Of a DNA stretch of 64,000 nucleotides, positions 1-13,700 are shown piece by piece (the stretch's first letter is position 1; every line of letters starts with the position of its first letter). A program made the translations under genes and the position numbers. The DNA is taken from positions 21,700,001-21,764,000 of the forward strand of contig OZ024751.1 in assembly GCA_964016885.1 (NCBI GenBank), written 5' to 3'. The stretch is from Eledone cirrhosa. Taxonomy: Eukaryota. Under the pieces are notes generated by a model. That model had not been told where the DNA came from, did not search any database, and saw nothing but the letters and a program-made list of their open reading frames with translations.

Positions 1-221
1 CCAAAAATGGAATGTATGAGCCAGTCTTCTAACCTGCTTGTCCAGCCTCAGAGTGTGACAACCCATCTAACCCATACAATCATGGAAAATAGATGTAAAA
101 TGGTGATGATGATATGTATGTGTGTGTGTTAATTCTTGGATGGCTTAATAATTGATTTATCAGTGATTACCTAACCCTTGCTAGCAGGAAAAACATGTTG
201 ATGATATCCAAATTATTTCAG

Positions 222-2410
222 TTGGACAGCTGTAGCCACATGGCGATGGATTGCCAATGATGATAACTGCGGAATTTGCCGCATGGCATTTGATGGTTGC
301 TGTCCTGATTGTAAACTTCCTGGAGATGACTGTCCTCTTGGTGGGTACCCTTATTTCTGTTTTTGTATCTAATTTATTGATCCTGTATTATTGATGTTTA
401 TAATAATAATGATGATGATGATGTTTGGAACATAACTTAATAACCATTAGCAATAAACATTGTGTATATGAAGCCGATCTCTCAGACTTTTACAAAGCAC
501 TGAGGGAAAAGAATGGTGTACTCATGTGTAGATATACTATAAAATAGGGTAAGCACCATTAAAGACAGAAAAAGAAATTGCATAGCAGCTAATAGCAACT
601 TCTTTTTCCTACTTTAAGGGTTTTCACCCTATTTTATAGCATTTCCATGCAGGAACACTTCCTTCTTTATATTAAATCATTGGCAGTATTTAATTAAATA
701 TGAACACTTCAACAGGTTCCACTGACAAGATTCAAACCATAAATATCTGACTTGTTGGGTGGCAGATAGCAGAAGTAAATTATTGTATCTAATTTAACCC
801 CTAACTAAAACCAGCTGTCTTTACAAAACACCCCTTTCAGACCAACCTAACCAAAACCTGCTCCAGCTTAACAAAACAAAACCACTCATTTTAAAGGGTT
901 CCTATTTAAATTCAAATCTTCCTACATAATTTCATCTAAGAACCATTTGTTAAATTACTATCTTAGTAATGAAATAATAAATTATTTTTGTAAATCCCTC
1001 AAAATTCTTTAATAATTAATTAAAATAGAGTTAAAGAGATACTCTGTAGTGTAACATTAGTAACACCATCATCCAGTAAGTGGTTCAAATCCCTCCACTG
1101 GATCTCTTTCTCTTCTGTTCCCTTTCTTATCTCATGTTTGTACTTCTTATGTCTCATATAATCTATCTCTTCTATTTCCTTTTCTGTCTCATGTTTATAT
1201 TTCTAATGTCTCCTTGCCAACAACAACCCTGAGCACCTTTTTGAATTCCATGTGTCTAACATGCCTACAAAATCAGAAAACAGCATAGCTCCCATGATTT
1301 TCAGAAACATTTTTTCAGGCTCAGAGTTGCTGAAGCATGGAACAAACTAACTGCATCATTTGTTAGCTGTCAAGACACTACATCCTTCAAAACTTCCATG
1401 CTTCCCGAAATTTGCCAACACTACACCTGATATTCCCCCCCCATACATATGCACTCATGTATCATGACTCACACACTGTTCACTTTCCCGGCATTTGTAC
1501 ATTATTCTATGTACTATACATGCACCTTTGATGAGTTGTAGTGCACCTGAGCACTGTACACAATAATTTTCATTATTTCATTATTATTATATGTGTTTAT
1601 AATCTTTCTCATCAGTTTTATTTACCATCTCATGTTTTTATTTGTCTCAGATATAATCTGTGCTTTATTTCTATTTCTTTCTCTTCTATTACCTTTTCTA
1701 TCTCATGTTTAACCCTTTAGCATTTAAACCATATCCAGCCAGAATTCTCTCAACTCTTTATGTTCAAACCAGCCACTCATACTGACGTTAAACTATTGTT
1801 CTCAATATAAATAACATCAAAATTTCGTACCTTCAATATTATGTGAAATAATTATGTAAAATAAAGCCTTTACCATAAAAACAATAATATATATAGAGTA
1901 ATGTAAAAGTTATACTTCAAGTGTCTCTCATATAATCTATCTGTTTATAATCTCTATCTCTTTCATTTTATTTACTGTCTCATGTTTGTACTTCTGCCTC
2001 ATTTGTGTTTATCATCTATCTCTTTCTCTTCTATTTCCTTTTCTATCTCATGTTTGTACAGCAAATGTCTCTCATATACAATCTGCCTGTTTATAATCTC
2101 TATCAGCTTATATTTGTGCTTCAAATGTCTCTCAGATATAACCTGTGTTTATAATCTATCTCTTTCTCTCTTGTTTCCTTTTCTGACTTATGTTTGTACT
2201 TCTTATGTCTCTCATGTTTCTCTTCTATTTTATTTCCCTTTCTATCTAATGTCTCTTGGATATAATCAATGTGGTGTATTTCTTATATTTCCAGTATGGG
2301 GCCAGTGTTCCCACTGCTTCCACATTCATTGTATAGTGAAATGGCTCAACTCGCAGCAGGTACATCAGTTGTGTCCAATGTGTCGACAGGAATGGAAGTT
2401 TAAAGAATAA
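222..2410 (+). CDS. ANAPC11: Anaphase-promoting complex subunit 11 (RING-H2 E3 ligase), last two coding exons: 222-340 and 2295-2410; first exon upstream of window
   Basis: Exon 222-340 (after tttcag, before gtgggt) reads [40 protein letters not shown] phase-1 join to 2295-2410 gives [38 protein letters not shown], the APC11 RING-H2 signature. The N-terminal part of the track ORF 1982-2410 is intronic. Confidence 0.96.
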
Positions 2411-2689
2411 ATGGAACTGGTTTGCACACACCTACCCGTTTGTCTCAAGTTCCTAGGCGCTTTTTTTTTTCTTTCTACAATTTTGCAATCCAACTTAACT
2501 CATCTATGAAGGAACTTTAGAATTACAGTTTAAATGTAAGACTGAAACAATTTTCAGTCAATTTCTTCAAATCATCTTCCTTTTCATCAAATCTTTATTT
2601 ATTATTCACCATTTTCTTTTTCTTCACATTGTTATAAACTATTATTTTAAAATGATATTATGGAAGGACTATTTTTGAGAGATTTTTCC

Positions 2690-2695
2690 AATAAA
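2690..2695 (+). promoter_or_regulatory. Candidate polyadenylation signal of ANAPC11
   Basis: AATAAA about 280 nt after the stop codon, followed by T-rich sequence; position only, no transcript evidence. Confidence 0.4.
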
Positions 2696-4623
2696 AATGA
2701 AATTATTAAACATTAAACCAGCAATCATTAATTTCATTTTTCGCCCTTGTCATTTCATTAATTCACTTATCTAACTCCTACTATATCAGCTTCCATTTTT
2801 CTCATCTTTTTTTCTTTCCTTTCTAGTCATGTTTAACTATATTTCAGCCAACTAGGTTGATTTAAACTTAGTTCCATTTGAGCAAAAGAGAAATACTGCA
2901 TTGAAGTCATTTAAATTTTATTTCAAAAGATGTGTGTGTATATGTATATATATATCATCATTGTTTAACGTCCATCTTCCACACTAGCATGGGTATATAT
3001 ATATATAGGTAGACCAAGGAAGACTTGGGCAAAGGTGGTGAGAGCTGATCTCAAATCAGACTCAGAGATGACGAAAGAATGCAGTGAGTGGAAAGATGCT
3101 GTGCTGAGAAGCACCAGTCCAACCTGTGGGAAAACGGACATAAAAATAACGATGAAATGATATATATATATTCTGTGGTCTTCTCAGCCATTGACTATAA
3201 GTATAGCTGCAAGATTGCCAGGATCTGTTCATTTGACACCGAACATGATACTATAATAACTGGTAGCAAATGAGTTGAACTGACTTTTTATATACTTTAC
3301 TTTATAAATTCGTAATTGACATGATTAAAATACACCCAGTCCACTCTGTAAAGTGGTAGTGCTGGTGCCATTAAAAAGACGCACCCAGCACACTCTGTAA
3401 GGTGGCTAGTGTTAGAAAGGACATCCGGATATAGAAACCATGCCAACATGGAATGCATGAGCAAGATGAGGTCACTCCAAACTAGCTGCTCTTGAACCAT
3501 GACAATTCGTCCAACCCATGCCAATATGGAAGCAGATGTAAAGATGATGATGGTGAAAGAGTTTCAACAATGTGATGTATTTTTTTTAAAAGATACTAAC
3601 ATAAGGAAATCAAAAACTTTAACCCCTTCATGACTATATTTCTAATGAATAAACTGGCTCTGTTTCACCATAATTAAATGTTAAACACCAAAACTAGACT
3701 TTTCCATACATTTTCTGGCCCAAAAGGGATGCATTATACACAAATGCAAGCAATATATGGAAGAATATGGTAACTGAAATCTCTTGTCAGCATTTATGTT
3801 AAAATGAAATTTAGATAAAAGATTTGTGATTTAAATATAAACACTTTAGTACATACAGTCTCAGGTGAGTTGGTATTATTAATATTCAAATCCCACCGAG
3901 GTTAACTTTGCCTTTCATCCTTATGGGGTCGATAAAATAAAGTACCAGTAATGCACTGGAATAATTGCTGGCCTTGTGCTAAAAGTAGAAACAATTATTA
4001 AGAAGTAGCAGCTTCAAATTGAAACCACATTTCTGGTTTAGTTCGTTAGTTTTTCACTTCTTCTACAACAGTATTATGAGCTGAATAGACGATCTCAGAC
4101 CTCATTCGCTTACCAAGTGAAGTGGAACTCATCAGATTGAACCGAGGAAACAATGTTTCCATTTGCTGATACTATCTACAGGTTGCAACTCCTGGCATAA
4201 ATAACAGTATTAGTGTTGATTTAATAGACTTTCCTCGCCCAGAAAATTGTTGGCTTTGTGCCTAAATCAAAAATAATTATTGGTCTATTTAAATAGGGTT
4301 AATTTCGGACTAAACAACAACAACAACAACCACAGTAAATTAAAAGAACATGAGGAAAAAATACGAAGATTTTTTATATATTTTATCATATAAATGTGTC
4401 TAAGGCACTGGTTTTGGCACAAGTGGTACAGCATTGGATCAAATGTCTAACTAGTAGTATTATCTTCTACATTTTCAGTTCATATCCCACCAGGCTTCAT
4501 TCAGTCCTTCATCAAACAGGAATGTCTCTATTTGCTTCAATACACTTTAGTTCCTCTTCCACTACAGCAAAAAAATTACCACATCATTCTTAGTTGAGAC
4601 AAATCCAACATATTGAAACATGT

Positions 4624-4700
4624 CTAAATTATTGTAGTATAAAGTGGCTTAATATTTTGTCTTGTTCCATCAATCAAGTCTTGACAGGATCCAAGTAAAA
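4624..4700 (-). CDS. LRRC61: LRRC61-like terminal exon
   Basis: ttgcag|VLLGSCQDLIDGTRQNIKPLYTTII*; resembles the vertebrate LQECWDL segment. Confidence 0.65.
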
Positions 4701-7700
4701 CTGCAATTATATGTAATAAATTCAATATATTAGCAAAATGCAACAAGTGGAGAGATGTTGTGCTGAAAAGGACCCACCCAGCCCATTCAAACAGAAAAAA
4801 ACAGACATAAAAACAATGATGATGATTAGCAATCAGATGGCAAAGTGACATCAGATAGAATGCTTTGCCATGTTCATTCCAGCGAGTTTAAATCCACCAA
4901 GGCAAACTTTATCTTTCAACCTTTCGAGGTCAATAAAAAAAATGAACAAGGGTCTTCTCTCTCTCTCTATATATATATATATCAAAGTTTACAAACCGAC
5001 CATAATAACTACGGTCAGTTTGTATACTTTTATTTATTCTTTTAATTCATTTGTATAAACCATTCTATCCATAGTATATATATATATATATATATATATC
5101 GAGTAAAGTTAGTTATATACATTTCATGAGAACAAACTTAAGACTTTGTAATCAAGTAATCACCACACCCATTCTCCTCAAATTGAACAAATATAAAAAT
5201 TAAAGACCACCTTTTAAATGATTTTCAGCCTCTTGAGTTTCAGTTTTGTCAAAATCGATGTTGCTGGGACAGAATTCCAAGTCTTTTAGATTTTGTTTGA
5301 TCTCAGATATATCGAGACCTTGAAAAAAATGATAAATTAAAAAAAAAAAGAAAGTTAAATACAGAGAAGAAGCATGAAATCAACTGAGGGGGAGAGAGCA
5401 AGCAAGATGGTAAGTATAAATTTAATGCTGGAATGTGGGGACAAAGAGAGCAAGCAAATTAGTAAGTCTAAATTTAATACAATATTGCTGGGATGAAGGG
5501 ACGAAGAGAAAATATGACATAGACTGGAGAGAGAACAGGCAAGATAGTAAATCTAAAGTCTGTCTCGAGTCCGAAGCCTCATTAGGCTGGTGCTTATCTC
5601 AGTTTCCATGGTGTTAAACCTTCAGCTAATAAGTACAAAACTTAATACAATATTACTGGGATGTGGGGGATCGAAGGGAATAATAATTATTATTATTATT
5701 GCAGCTTTATAAACAGTAACAGCAAACCACATTATTTGAATAATTTAACCACCACCACATGGTTACCTGGGGTGGAAGAATTTTATTTAACATCCCTGTA
5801 GCTGCAGTTCCCCTCCCTAAAACCCTTAGATACCCTCACTCTAGGACCCTAGTAATGCTCAAGCACCCTTGATGTGATCAACGGAACAGCCTCTTCATGA
5901 AATTAACATGTTTGTGGTATTGCTAATGATCAAAATCATCATCCTTATTATCATGATCAAGGGCAGTGAATTGCCAGTATCGGTAGAGGGTTGGACGCCA
6001 TGCTTTCTAGCATAGTTACGTCCCTTTACAGTCTGCGTTCAAATCCCGCCGAGGTTGACTTTGCCTTTCATCCTTACGAGGTCGATAAAATAAAGTACCA
6101 GTAATGTACTAGGTAATTGCTAGCCTTGTGCCTAAAGTAGAAACAATTATTATCATGATCAACGTGATAAAGAAGCAGTGGAGTGACAGTTATTATAGCA
6201 TTAGCGATATTTGTTCTGGCGCTTTACACTCTGAGTTCAAATCCTGCCAAAGTCAACCTCACTTTTCATCCTTCTGATAGAGGTGGGGGTTATGGTGGTG
6301 GTGGTGGGGGTGATGATGATGGATGGGTGGATTCTGATGGTGGTGATGGTGATGAGTAGGGTGGATTCTGATGGTGATGATGATGATGATGATAGCAGTA
6401 GTGGGTTATGATGGTGATGATGATGAGTGGGGTGGATTCTGATGGTGATGATGATGATGATGATAGCAGTAGTGGGTTATGATGGTGATGATGATGAGTG
6501 GGGTGGATTCTGATGGTGATGATAATGATATGGGTGAAGTGGGTGATGATGATAATATACTTACACTTCACTGCTTCCTGAGAATTATCTATAATGATGG
6601 AATCCAACTCCTCTACAATTTGATTCAGCTCCTTACAGGCCCCATAAAGGACATTACCTGTGGTAGAGGTGGAGGTGAGGAAGGTACGGTGTTCAAATAT
6701 ACAACATTTACAATATTCACAGAGATAACATATACAATGTTTAACCCTTTAACATTCACATTACTCTATATTTACTATTGTATTTTCACGGTAAAGGATT
6801 TACCTCACATAATATCGAATCTATGAGGTTTTGATATTATTTATTTTGAGAATAATACCTTAACATCAGTATGAGTGGCTGGTTACAGCTGGTTTGAACA
6901 GAAAGAGGTGAGAGAATTCTGGCCAGTTTAAATGTTAAAGGGTTAAATCAGATGTAGAAGTAAAATAGTGGCAGTGTTGTTGTTGTTGTTGGTGGTGGTG
7001 GTATTGGTGGTAGTGACAGCAATGATCAATGGTGGTAGTAGTGGCAGCAGTGATCAATGGTGTTGTTATTGGTGGTTGGGGTGGTGGAAGCAACAGCAAA
7101 GTCATCGTCATTGTCATTATCATCATCATCATGACCATCACCGTTTTACGTCCATTCTTCCACGCTAGCATGGGTTAGACGGGTTGTCCTGTTGTGGGCA
7201 ATGTCTTGCTCATACGAGAACTGATTCTGGCTTGATTTCTACAGCTGGATGCCCTTCCTAACACCAACCTCATTTACAGTGAGTGCTGGGTATTTTTCTT
7301 CTGTGGCGCCTACACGTCCACTTTGCAGTGAGTGCTGGGTGCTTTTTTACCGTGGCACCTCCATGACCACTTTGCAGTGGAATGATAGGGACCCCAGTCC
7401 CTATCATCTCATTTCTACAGCTGAGTAAACTGGAGCAATGTGAAATAAAGTGTCTTGCTCAAGGAAACAACACATCACCCGGTCTGAGAAATGAACTCAC
7501 AACCTTTCGATTGCAAGCCCAATGCTCTAACCACTAAGCCATGCGCCTGGTTATGGTAATGGTATTGTTGTTGGCAATGGTGGTAAGTTTGTTTGGCTAC
7601 TGCTGGATGAATGGATGTTGTGGCGGTGATGGTGATGATGATGATGATAAACTTAAGTAAACAAGTGAAACATCTTACCATCTAATGACTCTAATGTTGT

Positions 7701-10700
7701 GAACATTTCAATTAATTTATTCTTGTAACTATTCTCCTGACAAAGTGGATTAACTCGTTTCTGGGTTGTACTTTGCAGTTTTAAATGTTTCAGTTTTGGT
7801 AGACCAGTTAAACAATACAAGCTGTCAGGACTGAAGAATATAGGACAATAACTTTAACTGAAGAATAGGAAGTGATTTTTTTTTTATTATAAAATAATTG
7901 AAATGACAAACAAATATATTTAATATACAAAATCTCACGTAATGTCATGCAAAAACCATTGACATTATATAAAAATAATTACGCAGTATCTAATAAAAAC
8001 AAAACACTACTAAAGGGAACAGAAAAGGAAATGAAAAGAAGAAATAGAAAAGTTATTAGAGCATCAAATTTTGGTAGACCAGTCAAACAATACAAGCTGT
8101 CAGGGCTGAATCACCAACATTATCATCATTTAACTATCAATAACTGGGGAATAGGGGGTGAATTGGCTGAATTGTTAGGGCACCAGATTAAAAACGATTT
8201 GGTATTCATTCCAGTTCTCTACACTCTGAGTTCAAATCTTGCTGAGGTCGACTTTAGACTTTGCTTTTTATCCTATTGAGGTTAATAAATAATTTCTCCT
8301 CTCTCTCTCTCAAGAAGCTGTGTCAAATACGTGAGAACCTCCCTAGTACTGGTGCCACGATATAAGATATACTCAGTAGAATGCAAGAACGTATGTGGGG
8401 GCCCCTGGCACTGTTTGAGTACTTGATAGAATGTGGGGCATATGTAAGTGAGATATAGCCTCCTCTACACAGACACACACAACCCGTCTGAGAAGTCAGT
8501 AGCTCCAATCAAGTACTGACTAAGTCTGTGACAATCCATCCAACTCTCGCTAGCAGGGAAATCAGAGGTTACATAATGATGATAATGATGATGATGATCA
8601 CAATGGCTGTGACATTATCAGAGCAGCCTATATCATTTCTTATATGCTAATAAAACAATTTAATCACTTACCTATCAATAGCATTCCCTGATAAGTCCAA
8701 AGTTTCTAAATTTTCAAGGGTCTGCAGTCCTTCTATTAGAAAAAAATAACCACAATAATAATATAATAATAATAACAAGCTGATTAATTTAACTGGAAAC
8801 AACCACTAAGTATTAAAGATATATATGACCATTTCAAATGTTTTATTTACAAGTCATATATATGGCAACTCCTTTTTCCATCTTTAAGGGTTTTCACCTT
8901 AGTCTATAAGCTATTTTATAGCATCTCAGCGGATGAGCACATCGTTCTTTTTATATCCTTAATGTACCATATTCCTTTATGGTTTTAAACAAAAATTACA
9001 ACTTAAGTTATGCACATATTATACATACAAATAGATTCAAAGCTAATTACATACACCTCTCTGTACATATAGGTGTGTAAAATTACAATCTCCTGATTTG
9101 GGGAGTTATCCCCTTTGTTTTTTTAGTGGAAGTCTTTATGAAATATGAGCATTAATTGTAAAGTAACTGTTTTTCTCTTTAAATTTGATCTTGCACCTGA
9201 CAAGAGTGGCCAGTTTTAGAATGGCTACTCCACTATACAGTGGTAACCATAACTGGACCACAAAACCTAACATCGCACGTACATGTTAAGTGTATGATCC
9301 TTAAAATAAACTATATATATATATATATATATGGTAAATATGGTTGGTATTAGGAAGGGCATCCAGCTGAAATAAAGTCCCGTCTGAGCAAGGTAGGTAT
9401 GCCACAGCCAATAGGCCAGATTTGTCTCATAGCATGGATGACTCATTTAACCGATGCAAGCATGGAAAAATGGACGTTAGATGATGATGTTGATGATGAT
9501 GATACAAATAATATAATCAGCTGTGATTTTTAAAAAATTCACATATACTCTTAGCATCCAAAAACCAACAATGTTGCCACCAGCACCACCATCACTGCTC
9601 TCTTTTTCTCTCTCTCCAGCAGTGGTGTTATGTCTGTCTGTCCAAACAGGTCTGACCTGGAGGAGTAGTAGAGTTAAACAACAACAACAGTAGGAAATGG
9701 AGCAGTACTCACCAAGGGAATTGATGTTGTTGTTGCTTAAATTCAAAGAGTTCAGGTTCATGAGACTGGATAGAGGTATCAGGTTGCTCAAATCATTATT
9801 TGAGAGGATAAGGTGTTCAAGAGCAATGCATTCTTCAAGAGATCCTACTTCGTTAATATCTGGAAAATAATGTGTAACACATTAGAAGATAAACATGACA
9901 GATGACTGCGTCTTGTTCATACATTTCAGTTTTGGAAAGTTTTCTACCACTGGATGCCATTCTTAACACTAACTATATCATTTCACAGCATGCACTGGGG
10001 TGCATTTTATTGTGGCATGGCCACTATCATCTGACAGGGTGGAGTGGATGCTTTTTATTGTGGAACCAGCACTACCACTTTACAGAGTGGCTGGGTGCAT
10101 TTTATTGTGAAACCAGCACTACCACTTTACAGTGTGAACTGGATGCAATTATCATGGCACCAGCACCACTTCAGTCTGGGCTGAGTGTATTGTATTGTAC
10201 CACCAGCACTACCAGTTTCAATATTAGAGCACTCATGTCCTCAGCCACGTTAAGGACGCAAAGATAGAGAGAGGGGGCAATAGTGAGGGGCTACATATTG
10301 CTTGCTGAGGGAGGGGATAAGAGGGAAAGTTAGCCTTAAGAGTAACATCTAAAGGTACATTGTATGATGGTCCCATCTATCCATGCTGGCGTGATTGTAG
10401 TACGAACTAGGAATCAGGGAGACGAGGAATACTAAAGTGGCAGGAAAGAATATCAAGTGTTGGTGTGCAGAGGTGGAGGGAAAAGACTGAGAGGTTAGAT
10501 AGTTTTTTGATAAAAAAAGTTACTGTTCTCCTAGTTGAGTTGCCTGCATGTGACTTGCACAGTCCACGGCTCATCTATTCATTTCTGATTAACACCCCAC
10601 CTCACCCAGGCACACATCATCATCATCATCATTTCATTTTACGTCCACTTTTCCCTGCTTGCAAAGGTGGGACGGGAACTGATTCTGGCTTGATTTCTAC

Positions 10701-13700
10701 AGATGGATGCCCTTCCTAACACCAACCTCATTTACAGTGAGTGCTGGGTGCTTTTTTGCCGTGGCACCTCCACGACCACTTTGCAGTGGAATGATATGGA
10801 CCTCAGTCCCTATCATCTCATTTCTACAGCTGAGTAAACTGGAGCAATGTGAAATAAAGTGCCTTGCTCAAGGAAACAACACATCACCCGGTCTGAGAAT
10901 TGAACTCACAACCTTTCGATTGCAAGGCCAATGCTCTAACCACTAAGCCATGTGCCTCCATGTGTCAAAATCCTCTTACAACAATATACTCACGTAAGCC
11001 ATCAAGATTTAGAATCATGATTGACTCCAGATCAAAATCTCCACTGATTCCTCTCAGCATTCCAACAGTCACCTTAGCAGCTGAAGTAACAATAAAAAGT
11101 TTTTAAAAAAAAGAGAGAGAAATAGGAGTATTATAAATAATCAATAAAATTTAAAACTAGAATACTGGGTATTCAAATGTGTTAAAACAACTTTTTGTAT
11201 ATTTATTTACATGACCACCTCACTGCACTGAATACTATATAACATCTCAGAAGATGAAACCACTGGTGGCTGTTGAATGCTGAACCATTTATTTACCTCA
11301 GCAAGATTCATACTCAGCATCTATCTTACAGATAGTGGTACAAAGTATAACTTAACCACTTTTATTTACAAACACGCACACATAATATAGTTAGTCTAGA
11401 CACATGGTAGTAAGTCTATTAAATGTTTTAATAAGGATATAATAATCCTTGTCTTAATATTTGTTATACTTGTTACATATTTGTTATGTATATATATATA
11501 ACAAGCAGGGAAAAGTGGACATAAAATGATGATATATATATATATATATTATGTTGTCTGGTTTGATTAAGGATTGCTTAACTATATTTACTATGTTTAT
11601 ACCATCAAATATGTATTATGCAGCAGTAAAAATAATTTATTGGAATCTAGCCATCACATGTTGTTCATTGAAAAATATATATCATATATATATATATATA
11701 TACAAATCACACACACACATACATATATATATCATCATCATTGTACATTATTATGTATGTGTGTATATGTATCATCATCATCGTTTAGCGTCCACCTTCC
11801 ACGCTAGCATGGATTTGGATGGGAATTTTCCCACCTGAGGCAAGATTGGTTGTCTTGCTCGTATAGGACTGTCTGGCGGGTTTTCTACGGCTGGATGCCC
11901 TTCCTAACACCAACCACGTTTACAGTGTGGACTGGGAGGTTTTTACCGTGTTACCTACACGGCCACATTACAGCGTGGACTGTGTGTTTTTTTTGTTGTG
12001 ACACCTACACGCCCTCATTTATTTCGGACTGGATGTTGTGGTACCAACATAACTTTATATTGGAAGGGGTGGTGTGGATGAAGTGGGGGTAGTGGGGCCG
12101 GGTGTATTTTTGTTAGAGGTGCCTACTGACTGTAGGTTTCGCTTTGTACTTAGGCAAGGCGGGTCTTCTGTATTACTGTGTAGCGCCAAAGATCTCGGTC
12201 CAGTGACATTGTCTTGGAGAGGTGTAAGTGTCTGAGGTCAGAATTTATCAAGTCGTCCCAGGTTTTTCTGGGTCTGCCTACTCCATGGCTACCGTCTATT
12301 TTTATCGCCTTGCACTTTTTTATACAGCTGTCGTCTTTCATGCGCATCACGTGACCGTACCAACGTAGTCTTCTCATGAGTAAACAGCATCTGATCCCTC
12401 TTATTCCTAATTTCTCCCTTAGTTCGTTTATGCTTTGCCGTTCACGTATATTACTATTACACATCCAGCGGAGCATGCAAGCTTCGTTCCTATGTATATA
12501 TATATACATATATTTCCACACACACCATATATATAGATATATATATATATCATCTTCATTGTCATTTTATGAGGGAGTGAAAATATTTAAAGAAACATTC
12601 ATTATGTTAATCTTAGAAGGTTTATTTCATTGTTTGATCATTCATAAGCATTTTAATAACCCTTTCTTATCAAACCATCCAGCATCAGCAGCAGCTTTGC
12701 TTGGTTTTTCGGAGGTCAACCAGTACTACTGGTGCTAATTTAAACATCCATTGTATATAAATTACACTAATATACAACAACTGTCAACATTGAAGTTTTA
12801 TAAATGACAGAATAGGCAAAGAAAAACAAAAAAATAATAAAGCAGATAAATATAACATTTGCACTGAGTGAGAAAGTTTCAGGTACACATATACACATAC
12901 AAACTTATTGAAGCCCATCGTATGTGTGTCTATATATATACATATATATATATATATATGGAGGCACATGGCTTAGTGGTTAGAGCATTGGGCTTGCAGT
13001 CGAAAGGTTGTGAGTTCAATTCTCAGACCGGGTGATGTGTTGTTTCCTTGAGCAAGACACTTTATTTCACATTGCTCCAGTTTACTCAGCTGTAGAAATG
13101 AGATGATAGGGACTGGGGTCCATATCATTCCACTACAAAGTGGTCGTGGAGGTGCCACGGCAAAAAAGCACCCAGCACTCACTGTAAATGAGGTTGGTGT
13201 TAGGAAGGGCATCCAGCTGTAGAAATCAAGCCAGAATCAGTTCCCGTTCCACCCTTGTAAGCAGAGAAAGGCGGATGTAAAAATGAAATGATGATGAATG
13301 ATGATGATATCACCATCGTTTTAATGTCCGCTTTCCCTGCTAGCAAGCGTTAGATGTATATATATATATATATCATCACCATCATTTTAATGTCTGCTTT
13401 CTCTGCTAGCAAGGGTTAGATTAGTCTACATAGACCAAATGAGTACCGAAGTGGAGCCACTGATCTCCCAGACAAGCCAGGGATCTATGTCTTGCTTATG
13501 TATAGTCTCATGTTCCACTGAGTGCACAGGAGAGGTTGTCATATCCTTGACATGATTGAGGGTTCCTCCCAACCCATTCCCTGGCAAGATTTCTATGGAT
13601 GGATGCCCTTCCTATCACCAACCACTTTACAGTGTGTGCTGGGTGCGTTTATACACACTCACACACACACCTATATATATATATATATATCATTATCATC

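Noticed and set aside
1982-2294. Hydrophobic N-terminal extension of the 142-aa ORF
   Set aside because: Intronic pyrimidine-rich degenerate repeat; the real ANAPC11 exon starts at 2295
6290-7171. His/Pro/Met-rich ORFs
   Set aside because: Trinucleotide microsatellite translations, apart from the true exon 6565-6657
10707-10946. Recurring [17 protein letters not shown] ORFs (also 12973, 58014 and others)
   Set aside because: Antisense translation of SINE copies
12959-13035. tRNA-like sequence
   Set aside because: SINE head with A/B boxes that runs into the CORE-like domain; not an independent tRNA gene
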